A DNA stretch of 64,000 nt from Raillietiella orientalis (lineage: Eukaryota), in the NCBI GenBank assembly GCA_036172245.1, contig JAYWIR010000003.1:4650001-4714000 (forward strand). Direction: 5' to 3'. Within the stretch, counting starts at the first letter, position 1; each line of letters begins with the position of its first letter. Shown one piece after another: positions 25,285-37,000 of this stretch. The notes under the pieces are model-generated. The model saw nothing but the letters and a program-made list of their open reading frames with translations. It did no database searches and was not told the origin of the DNA. The position numbers and the translations under genes were made by a program.

Positions 25285-26177
25285 GTGTTGTAAAAGCACT
25301 CAAGTGAGAACTGTTAATAGAAGCATGTGTTTGGGTTTTGGAAATTTACCTTTATACGATTTTGAGGTCTTAATGAGCCAAACATTGATTGTTGCTCAAA
25401 CGTCCCCATAATCAGCAATGTCAGATAATCAAGACGACACTCTCCATGCAGACAATTCCTTTCGAACATGAATGTGAAGTAGACTTTCATATTCATAGTA
25501 CTTGAATTTTATTATTAAGAATAAAAACGATGTAAAGGATGAGCAGTGATATAATGAAGATTAATTAAGATTGTGGTGATTACTTAATACGATTTATTAC
25601 CTTCATCTCAAACTACTGAATGTTTCTTTTTCTATGGAAGTTAAATTTCGAGACGTGCTTGAAGATCTGAAAATGGAAAATAATTAGGCGTCTGCTGTGA
25701 AATGGCAGATTGGATTACAGAATCCTTTGATTAGGGTGCCGAATGCAGTTCGAGTATTTTATGTCCCGTGCATTTGATTTTGAGAGAGTGAAGCGTATTT
25801 GTCATCTCAAATTATACATGAATATATGCTATTATGTGTATTAAAAGCATTTTATTTGTATGTACGCATTATTTGTGATTAAAAAGTTTACTAACCAAGA
25901 TGGTTTTTTGAAAACATAGGTAATTTGAAGTATGATTTTTGCATTTCTGCTAATGAGTTTTTTATTTTGCAAATCTATGCTTCTTAATGTATTGTGCCTT
26001 CTACATTTCCTTTATTAAAGCGGAGTCTGTAATCCCATGGCATTATTATCCACATATTCAATGAAATCTTGCACATATACGTGTACTATATTAATTAAAA
26101 AATTATTATTTTATTACCTTTCATTTTACAAATGTGTTTCTGCAAACATTTGTGTTAAAGATGCAGCATTGCTTAAC

Positions 26178-26235
26178 ACGTATCAGTACATGAATATGCA
26201 ATCAATGACATGATGCATTTCATGTATTGGTACGT
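26178..26235 (+). other. 58-nt imperfect hairpin, pre-miRNA-like
   Basis: ACGTATCAGTACATGAATATGCAATCA pairs with TGATGCATTTCATGTATTGGTACGT: 25 pairs including 2 G-U, two single-nt bulges and a 6-nt loop. Confidence 0.6.
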
Positions 26236-26459
26236 ATTTTATGCAAAAGTCGCATTGTAATATTGATACAAATTAAAAATTCAATAAGTGTGTTTGGCAT
26301 CAGAAAGTATGCAGTATATTTGCAGGTATAAAACAATTCCTTATCCTTAGCATTGTGTGACTATAAACATCGGGAATTCTACTGTAACACTTTTATTTTT
26401 TTAAAGACTTGGTAGTCCTTTAAGTGACTTCCTACTCGTGTATGTAGATCAAACTTAGA

Positions 26460-27458
26460 ATGCCACCAAAGTTTGATCCCACCGAAGTTAAGACAGGTAA
26501 ATAGTTTAAATCAGTAGAAAAGAGTGCACATGTTTGAGTTTTGGGGAAAGTAACTATCGGTGATTTTTTCAAAAATATAATTTGCTTTGTAATTTGGCAG
26601 TCGTATCCGAATTATTTTCCATTTGGTATTTTGGAAAATTTGTTCATAGTGATTGCTGCTCGATTTCTTTTAAGTTATTCAGCAATTTTAATTGACATGA
26701 TTAGAACGTATGTGTGTGTTTTACATAAGTGATCTTAGTAGATAAGACATCAGGACGTGGGACTGTGTAATAGGAATTTTGTATAGCAAAGTGCAAAAAA
26801 GCTCGTTATGAATGATATTTTTATTAAATTGTGTTTGTTTCTCCCCTTTAAGTGTATCTTAGAGCCGTGGGTGGCGAAGTGGGTGCCACAGCTTCATTAG
26901 CTCCCAAAATTGGTCCCCTCGGATTGGTAAGAAAAAAAGTCTCTTCACTTTACCTAATGAATTGTTTTACGTAGTCTCCCAAAAAAGTTGGGGATGATAT
27001 TGCTAAGGCCACGGCAGACTGGAAAGGTCTAAAAGTTACAGTCAAGTTAGTCATCCAGAATCGACAAGCTCAAATTTTTGTTGTTCCTTCAGCAGCATCG
27101 CTTATAATAAGGGCCTTAAAAGAACCTCCTAGGGACCGAAAAAAAGTCAAACATGGTAAATCGGAAAAATTTAAGGAATCAGATTTTTATCCCATATCAT
27201 AATAGTAAAACATAGTGGTAACTTGTCTTTTGAAGAAATAGTTAGTATAGCTAAAGTAATGCGTGAGAGGAGTATGGCCAGAGGGTTGGATGGTACTGTG
27301 AAAGAAATATTGGGAACCGCTCAGGTAATATTTTTTTTATTTATTGAAATCTATTTTTGATGTGCTTTCAGTCTGTTGGCTGCACTGTTGATGGAAAACC
27401 ACCTCATGAAATTATTACAATGTTCAATCAAGGGCTACTACCACTTGATGTTGAATAA
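26460..27458 (+). CDS. RPL12: 60S ribosomal protein L12 (uL11)
   Basis: Exons 26460-26496, 26853-26926, 26975-27155, 27206-27324 and 27372-27458. They give [70 protein letters not shown]...[21 protein letters not shown]...DVE*. Confidence 0.98.
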
Positions 27459-30400
27459 ATGATGATTTCATGGTTTCTAAAATACATTTGCAGTTATGAT
27501 TTATAATCTTGTTGAAGCATGTAATGTTTTCTGCGGATTTGTGAAATTTCTTGGAATTTTGGTTTTCTGTTGCAACTAATTTGGTAAAATAGTGTGATTT
27601 TCAGAGGTTTATTTTAAATCATTACTGTGGGACTGAACTGGATAGCTAGTGGATGATGGTTTTCTACGCTGCAGGAAGTTATAATCCTGAAAGACATGTT
27701 TTGGAAAGGGATGTATTCTTGCATCTGCCTATGTAGCCTTATGTACTTAGTTGGCTGTAGGTGACTGACCAGTAGGGTTTCAGGACAGTTGACTAACTTC
27801 CTAATTGTCAGCCAAAGTAGGCTTGCTATTGTGTGTGAGGATGAATGCAAAATACAGTAAAGATGTCACATGTTGATATGAGTAATCATCAGCAACAGAG
27901 AGAGCCCATGATGAGGTTGCAGTCTTGCTTTCCCAAGTACCACAGCCACATATATCTCTGAGAAAAGCTCTGGATTCGGACCTGAATACTACTCTGTTGA
28001 CAATTATTTGGCAGGCTGCTCTAGGTTTTTGAAAGGGTGAACTTGTGAAAAACTGATGAGGAGTAAAGGGTGTTCCCAGATCAAACCAAATCTTTCTTTT
28101 GTTTCCTTACCATCTTATTCTGGTTCCCATATCAATCACATATGAATATTATATTGGTGATATGTACGTATTTCTAACTAAATAATGATGTACGCATTTG
28201 CATTGGCATGTTAAATAAATAATGGTATACATGTTACAAGAAATTTAGGCTAATGCACATACTTTAGTCGACGATACATTAATGATGTATGCATTGCGTT
28301 CGACTCACGGTGTCTGTGCTTACAGGCGTGATGCACTGTGCAACTGGCATTTGAAATGAATCAAGTTTTTGTGCACTTTTACACGCAATCATTAATGCCA
28401 AATTCCTTTCTCCTTTCGTTAATTCACATCATCATAAAACAAATTTTTATAATCTATACATAATCTGTACAATCCTTATCAGCATACTATATACTTGCGT
28501 AACATTTTGCAGGTTCCTGGTTTTATATTTTTAATAAGATACCACCCACTCCATACGGCGTCTCAGATCACGTGAAGTGTACTGAGCACGAGGAGGGCAG
28601 CATGTAAGAGGCGGTGCCACCAGCGACTTCAGTGCCATCGCTTGTCTGTCTCCCCCTCCGCACCACCCTTTTTCCTCTGGTCCAGTGCGGCTATCCTATG
28701 GTCGCAGGAAGCACACAGGAAAAAGGAAAGCCAAAGACGCGGCCCTACCGATTGAAATTCCGGCTAGCTGTACAGTGGCGGAAAGAGTTGCTGTCAGGAG
28801 ACGCATGGTCCTCTCATCGTCGTCTCCTGCTTCAACCACTTCCCCTCAGATTCAGAAAATACGCGACTGCGTCCCTCGATTATTATTTGGAAGGAGGGTG
28901 GAAATTTGACTCTTGCTCTGAAGGACACCAGTCCCGATGAGTTGCCTTTCGACTCCAAGGGCGGGTAGTTTCCTGCGTACGGTGACCTCATGCAGGAAGC
29001 ACTCGCTCTCCGGGTTCCAGACGGATTATTTTTGCCACCTGGTGGCAGTACCCTTGTTCGATTGAAGGTCCTGGATCGGGAGATTTACCCAGCTGCCCTC
29101 CTAAGGGACTCTCTTCCCGGTTAAGAGAGGACGATCTACGATGAGGACGCTTGCACCATAGCAGTTCTTCGTCGGCCTCGAAATGAGTCTTCACATCATT
29201 GAGAGCTCCTTTCTTGCATGAAGCGGTAAGACGCTTGGCAACCACTGGGCTCAACAACTGGATACTGCAGAGTGAGGGCAGAGGGATGCAAATGGTAGGA
29301 TGAACCGCCCTTCCTGGCGACAAAGTCTCTATCCTGTCGGCAACAATATTGTACGAAGTTCCTCAGCAGCCTGCTTCCTTTCCGGAAGAATCTCCGCTTA
29401 TGCCTCCCTCGGCTCAGGGAGCAAATGATGAGGAATGCTAAATCGCGAGACTAGCAGCCCTTTTCCATCTCAGGAATCCAATTAATCTTTCAGGTCCACA
29501 AACAACTTTACTTCTTCTTTGAGTTCCCAGAAACACTTGAAAACTTCGCCTTACTGAACTGCCCAAAGCGGGATCAAAGCAAAAAACACGCGCATTCTTT
29601 CAACTATTCAGCGAAAACTGTCCACGTTGACGAAACTCAAGACCACGATTTCCATTGTGGACATAAGCGAATCCACTTATGCTCATGATGGAAATTCATT
29701 CCATCACCCGGAAAAAGGTCGCTCATTCCACTCTTTACAGCCCTCCACCCCCACCCTCATCGACGACAACATAAGTGAATTATTGTGCTTGCAGTAAGAA
29801 CCGTGGTCTAGTTAATGGTTAGGCGCTGGCACAAAGCTGCAGGAGTCCCGAAAAGTCATGCGCTATTTCTGGGCTATGCATGGAAGATGACCTGCTCTCG
29901 GTGCTGTCTTGGCTTAGGTAGACAGCGGAAGGTCACCAAGGAGAGCCGCGAGGCGATCGAGACCCAGGACGGGCTCTCAGCAGGTGAGAGCACGAGTACT
30001 CCGAGGATGGTCTATCTGTTCCAGCTCTCGCTGCTGCGTAAACCAGGATCTCCAGGAGGCGCTTCTGGAACACCTACACCCTCCCCCATTCCCCCCCTGG
30101 ATGACGTGCCTGCGCTCTCAACGGGGAGATGCTCTCGCCAACTTCTCCGCCAACTTTCCGGCGGTTGCTATGAGCGCATAGCAGCCGAGGCAAGGGAACA
30201 GCTTGAGCTTACGCCGCTCGGGGTCCAATTCGAGTTGGTGCTGAAACAGGGATGGGGACGCTCTGGTGGTCTTCCGACTCCCTGATCCCTCACGCCTGCT
30301 ATGGAGGCTCGCGAGGACGACCTCCTTCCCCCGTTACCCGTGTCCGCCCGGCGCCTTCTCTAAAGGAGGAGTTCGTCGAGGAGTTGCGCCACGGAGCGGA

Positions 30401-33400
30401 CGCGCAAGACGGGAAGAAGTCGAAGGTCGCTCCTAGGGGAGTACCACATCCGTGACTTCTTCTCCGGGCTCAGGGCAGGAGCGGCGGTTTCCCAACGCTG
30501 CAGATCGGTGGGAAGAAGGAGGGAGGGGAAACACCCTCCCCACTTCCCTCATGTCCTGCCCATTCATTCGCCCGGGAGGGCTTCGTTAGAACTCTTAAAG
30601 AACCCCCCATCCTTCAGAGGATCAGCGTGAGGATGGCAGGCAGTCCCAAGTGAGAACAGTGTGAACAAGGCAGTGAGAACGGACACCACGATGACTCACA
30701 GAGGAGTCGTCCTGGTCAAGCGGGAAGTGGTCGGACCGGACCCACCCAGAGATACATCACCTCGGGGTGCCCATAGATGGCTTCTCCACGATAAAAGAGA
30801 GGACCAGCTGTCTTCAGGAGGCAGGGAAGGCGTAGGGTCTGTTCGAGAACGGCCATTGTCTTGTCCGAGTGGATCGCAACGTGAAGCACCTCCGCTGCCT
30901 CCCCCCCCCTCCCCTCCCCATCTCTCCACCGACGACGACCTCCTACGGACGGTTCAGTGGGACTCCTAGAGGTTCACAGATCCGTTTCGAAGAGTGTGCC
31001 CAAGCTGGTCGCTGAAGGAGCTCCACAAGTCCCCGCGGGTCGAAGGGCTCCTCTGCACACTCGTTGCGGCTGCGTCGACTGGAACCACCGCCGCGCCATC
31101 TCTCGATGCGTGCGGTCCAGTCGACGGCAGGCGAGCCGCAGGCCTCGGGAAGGAGGAGGAGGCAGCGAGTGGCAGCGCTTTGGGGAATGCGCTGGCACTC
31201 CCGGACGCGGCCGGCGACGAGGAAGGCTGGAAGAGACCCCGGTCTCCCCCTTCTCCCCCCCCCCTCCTCCAGCAACCTGCGCGCCTTGTAGCTGGAATAT
31301 CGCCGTAAACGGGAGCAACTGAACAAAGGGGGGATACTCCCTCCCTGCCGGTTTGCGTCTGCCGTCGCACCCATCCCCTTGGAGAGGACGGCGCTGCTGC
31401 CGAGGGTGCGTCCGCTGCACGGACCCCTTTCCTTGGCTCCCGCAGCCCCTCGCCTCCGCAAGGCCATTGGTAGGGCGAAGCTCCTCCAGGCTGATTTCTC
31501 GCGCAATCCAGGCGTCAGGCAGGATGATGCAGCTGCAGCTGCAGCTGCGAATTCCAAAGACTCGTCCCGGTTGCGTGCGGGGGGGGGGGGGGGGAACGTC
31601 GATGTCTTTCGGCGCGGAAGCCTTCTGAGGTGCAGCGGACCTCACGCGCAGCTGGCATCCCTGCTTCTGCGAGAACAGCCGCAGAATGAAGAAGCCCTTT
31701 GGTTTGACCGGTGATGCAGAAGGCCTTCCTTGTAGGAGGACATCGTTGGATCCCCCCTCTCCTTGTTCCTGTCCTGCGTGCCCGCTCCGCGCGAATCAGG
31801 TATTTGTAAGGAACCGGCAGGCGCGCTCTTTTTCCTCCCCCAGAAGAACTGGTGGCTGTCGGATCGGCCCGGACAGCTCCGTGCTGATCCTCGAGCTCCA
31901 GCACACGGGCGACGCTGTTTTCAGACATGGAACGCCCACGCAACCGGTGACGTCAGCGACAAGCCCGTGAGTGCTTCCCCCCTAACTGAGGGGGGAACAG
32001 TAGTAGAGCTGGGACGACCTCTCATCTCTTGCTGGAGTGTGGTACCCTTCTGTCGGGATGGGGTAGACTAGCCGCAAGTCTAGCGCACTCAACTAACACT
32101 CCTTTGGACCTCCCAAGGCGTTCCCAACAATCCCCCATGGTCGCGGTAATCACGATGCTTTGCTACGTTCCCGGTGTCATGGTGGAACCCCTGAGACAGG
32201 AAAAGAACCATGAAGAGAGGAAAGACATACTGCTCGTGTGACTGCCTTGACGCGTCGAGCCAGAAAATGGCCTCACTCGACGGGAAAAAAGGGAACGCAT
32301 CCCGTACATAACGGGACGTCTTGCTAATAGAAGGACTGGACTCTCCGTAAGCCTTTATTCTTTACCAATCAGGTATTCTATTACGTATTTATCGTCCCCT
32401 TTGTCAACCAATGCTGTACTTGGGACGTTTCCCCAGCCTACGTAATTGTCAGGTTGAAGTTTCCTTACATCCTATTGTGTTTACTGTTTGTTCGTTTGTT
32501 TCGATGAACATCCCGTTTACCTGTGCCTTGTAACGCGGTTACAACCCATCGCTGAGGCTCCAACTGGTTCTCCGCAGATGAGGTGAAGTTTCGTGTTACC
32601 GATTCCCTTTCCACGAGCAAGTCCCATCCCTTGGTAGTAACTTGAATCGGAATTCATTGGAGCGAATCCTCACAAGCATTTATCTCTTTGCAGACTTCGC
32701 CGGTACAAATTGACAACTGAGCTGCATTCGTGATGCCTGCTGTCTCATCAAGTGCCAAAAAGAAGGAAACGAAATTTTCGCATAGTTCACATACAGGTTC
32801 GACAGAATTGGTTCTCGTCTCGTCAATTCTTTCACCGCGGGACGAACTATTTCGAGCAGATGAACTTGTCCGGGCTTAAGATCCTACGAGCTGCTAGAAG
32901 GCGTTAAGGCAAACTCCTCTTCCTAATGTCCCTTAAGATGTTCAGCAATTGGCTCAGCGCTGCTTGGGGATAAAATGTTTGCCCAAGTTACATTTTTCTG
33001 CAGCAGTTCCGCGGCAAACTAAGGGCTTCGCCCCTCGTTTCTATGACGGAGAATACTCGAGTCCAACTCGGAACTTTCGCTGCTCATCACGGGTTTCCTT
33101 GCCTACGTTTGCTAAATATCTGGCATTGCAGCAGGGCACTATTTATGTAGTACTGTAGTTGAAACCCCGAATCAAAAGAAACGCCGAACAAGAACGCATA
33201 AATTTAACAGATCTGTGTTTTCTGGAGCGCTGGCATTCTTACATGCGCCTTGAAATCTAAAATGGCTCCCCGGAAGTTAACAATGGCGGACTGCTTCGTG
33301 AGCGCGTGCACCCATCGTTTCCTTGCCCAGCACTTTGACGTTTTCCATCGTCGGCTACTCAGGGATGGAAACCAACTCGGATGCCCGATTGCCGGATAAA

Positions 33401-34004
33401 GAGCACTCATCAGAAATTTGCAACCAGACAAAAACTTGCCAGGAAAGGAGCGGGTTGGTGGAAAAACGAGCGGAAAAGCAAAGTCCACCGTGGACCTCCT
33501 AAATTCACTTTCCAACGTGCGGGACGTGGTGGATTTACATCTGGGAGCCTCGCAGTGGGGCGGTTAATTGAAGTTTCGAAAAAGTCTCAGGGGAGCGCGA
33601 AAAGACTTTCCTGGGCTGCGACCCGAAGACGCGGTTTCCCACGGCGGCTGGCATAGAGGAGTCCCTCATCTTGCGGATGGATCTTCCAGGCCTCGGTTTC
33701 CATCAGGAGGCTGGCTCCTTAGCCGTCAGGTTTCACGCTCGGACGCCGGAGAAACCTAGGAAGCTGGCAAAGGAAACGCAACTGGCGCACCCGGCAAAAG
33801 AACTTTTGATCCACGAGGTATTTCGTAGAAAGCCGAAATGCTGGCAAGTCCAACCAGAGATAAGAGGATAACAGGGGGACGCCTTTTATGGTTCGTTCTC
33901 ACGCGCGCAGAGAGCTTCCTCACGTTAAGTTTCCGATGAGAATAACCGATGCTTCGCCAAAACAGTTGTTTATTTTGATAGCTAGCGAGCCGGGAGCAGT
34001 TTTT

Positions 34005-34028
34005 TTCTTCTTCTTCTTCTTCTTCTTC
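34005..34028. repeat. (TTC)n microsatellite
   Basis: Visible trinucleotide run. Confidence 0.9.
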
Positions 34029-37000
34029 AAGAATACGAGTCGGCCATAAGGCACAGCCTGGGGATCTCATTCGGGAGGTGAAGAAGACCTCGAGACTCCG
34101 TAGGCAGTGACCTCAGTTTCGATAAACTGACCTGTTAAAAGCAGCAGCTTTTGTTCCTCTCAGTACAAGGATGCCAAGCGTCGGTTGAATAAGGAGTAGG
34201 GGCCATTAGCTGGGACCTCAAGGGTGATCTCAAGGTCTCTGGCACTGTTGGATTTTCATTGCTCATTGTACATACATACGTGTATATACATATGCACTCA
34301 AGGATGTAGTATTGTACGCACCATATAATTGAGTACATATACGTGAAAGATGGATACGTAAACTGAGCACAATAAGAAATATGAAATGAAAATAATGGAG
34401 TTCACCATGAAATTCATGGCGAAATTTTTCATCCTCGGTTTGAGAAATTGCAGCAATTGTGTCTGAGAACCGTCGCTCCAGATATCTTGCAGGAGAATCA
34501 ATCTCTTGAAAGGTTTTGTTCTTAGAAAGTAAGGACTACTGTCCCCCCCCCCCCCCCATCGTCAGATTCAAGTCGTACTCGCAAGTGGGTTAATCCTTTC
34601 GGTCTCTTCCACGGATGCAGTGCGTACACGTTCTTTGTTTATGTGATTTTTTTGTTTTTTCTTTCGTTTTTGCGTGTACTCAAATACTCACTCTTCCTAA
34701 GGCAATGATGATGAGTGGGATGCCTGTTTTAAAACTTTTTTAAATACCACTGGAAATTCAATTAACTTATCCCACTGCTGACTGGATGTAAAGAGCTGTC
34801 TCGTCATCCGTCTGAACCACGGATGCTTCTTTCCTGGCAATTGTCTTGCAGAGCTTTTCTACAAAGGGCTTAAACTTCATCGTATCCTTTGACTCCCCCC
34901 CCCTCCCTCCCCTTTCTTGCTTTTCATGTTTCCAATGAGTGAAAGCAATGGGAGCCAAGTGCCTCCTTTTACTTGAATTTCGCAAAGAAAATGAATACTT
35001 TTGAACATCCTCAGCGTAGAAATTACAATTACAGAACACGTGGAAGAGTTTTCCCCAAGTCTTGGTCGGTGAATCACCACCCGTCTTAGTCATCCAATGC
35101 CGCCCGCGCCTTAATCAGGGGACTTCGTCGTTGCGCCAGTCGTTAGTAGATGGCGCTCGGAGCGCGCGGAAGGATGCATCCTCGCGGCGGGTTTCGCCCA
35201 CGGCAACCAACTGCGCGCCCAGCCGGAGCAACAGTGGGTCCTCTTGTGAATCCCAGCCCCAAATCTCGGCGGCCTACTCGGCTCACCTGGAACTGGTCGG
35301 AGGAAAGGTTTCCCACGGTGCGGCCGCGGCCTGCCCGCGGACCCACTGCTACCCGGGCTGGGCGCGCGCAGAAGCGGTCACAGACGGAAGCGGCGCAGCA
35401 TCCTTCTGCCTCGGATTCTCGCTATCCCCGCCGTGGACCCGCGCAGCTTTAGCAGGGGTAAAAGATTCTATGCTTGCAACGTTAACGGGACAATAACGGA
35501 TGCTTCTGCAGGGGATGGCGGAAAGGTTCCCCGGAATGCAAGCAGCCTCTTGCGAGGAGATGGCTGAGAACTCGTGATTGGGATGATAGATGGAGGATGG
35601 GAAAAGGCAAAGAAGGGAAAACGCTGCCGCGAGAGAAAGATTGGATGGGTGGGGTGGGGGTGGGAAGGTACACGTGGTGCTAAGCAAAAAAGCAAAAAAA
35701 AAAAAAAAAGGAAAAAAGCTAAAATCCATATTTATATATTAAGGATGAAGCGCGACGATTTTACGTTTATTTTTCGTTTCTGCTTCATTTTTTTTCTTCT
35801 TCAAAGTGAAATACGGGGCGCGGAGACAAACCGTGTTTTGATGAAACAAGGAAACTGAAGGAAAAAAGAACGTTCATTTTTCTTTTATTTTTCTCCACTA
35901 AATTTTCACGTGTGCTCCTCACTGAATTGGGAGGCTTTCGAATTCATGATCTGCTGCCGTCTTCCACGTAATCTCCTCGGAAACGGCAATTCCAGCGCAG
36001 ACCCCAAGCATTTGTCATTTTTTTTTTTTTTCCTCTAAAAAAAGGCGAAAAGAAAAAAAAAAAAAAAAAAAAAAAACACCGCTTCATTCTCGTAAAGACA
36101 CTTCACATTGGTGTGGGATGTCGGTACCTTTTTCGATTCGGTTCAGCCAAAGGGTTCGCTTCCCCCACGAAACGTGGGGCAAGCGCGTCTGCTCGCCCGC
36201 AGTGGGAACGCGGGCTGTAGGTGTTGCCAAGACAACTTTTATCGACTCCCTCCGATCCGCGCGGCTCTGCGGCACGGAGTCTCGCGCGCGCGCTCGCGTT
36301 GCCATGAGGACGCCGCCGTCCGGCGGGCACCATTGTTGCGCGACGTCGCCTCACGGGCGCGCGCTCGGGGCGCGTTGCCGTCGACAGCCGCTTTTCGCGT
36401 GTTCGTTTGCTTTTCCAAAACACGTGTTTCGCATGGGATCTTCCCCCCTCTCCCCGTCTTCCTGAAAAATATCCATTTCAACGTGGTGTGAGTTTCCTCC
36501 TTTTAGACTTTTCGCTTCGCTTGTTGACGCGCTTCCCTTTTTTGCCTTCCTGTGCTTTCCGCGTGCTTCGCGCGCTCATTCGGATTCGCTTTTTTGCGCT
36601 CGTCACGCCTCCTCCCTTCCCCCCTTGCAGCCCCCTCCCCCCTGCATCCTGCCCCCTTGCCTCCGTTCGCGCTTTGCATGTGCAGCAACTCATCCCGTGC
36701 CGTCATCCAGAAGACGCCAAGCCTTCTGACGACCCAGGTCGGTGGGCGCTTGCGGGCGCCGCCTCGGTCCGCCGAGCTCGGGCGAACGGCACGCTTAAGG
36801 AGGAGCGCTTTGAATCCCTTCGAATGAGCGTCCCCTAACGTTCGCGTGAGCCTTGCCTGCTGGCTGAAGGTCAACCGGGACTTTCCCGAAAGCGACATGC
36901 AATCGCCGACACCACAAGCTTCGTGGGCAGCGGACGGAACACCCGTCGTCGACACGCGTGCGTGCTCGGACCACTGTTGCCACTCCCTCTTTTAAAGAGG

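Noticed and set aside
25548..25625. C/D snoRNA-like ATGAAGA...CTGA with a short wobble stem
   Set aside because: Non-canonical C box and no recognisable guide sequence; likely chance in AT-rich DNA. snoscan would settle it.
29801..29850. tRNA-like A box (GTGGTCTAG..TGGTTAGG)
   Set aside because: No T-loop/B box and no acceptor stem; at most a decayed SINE head.
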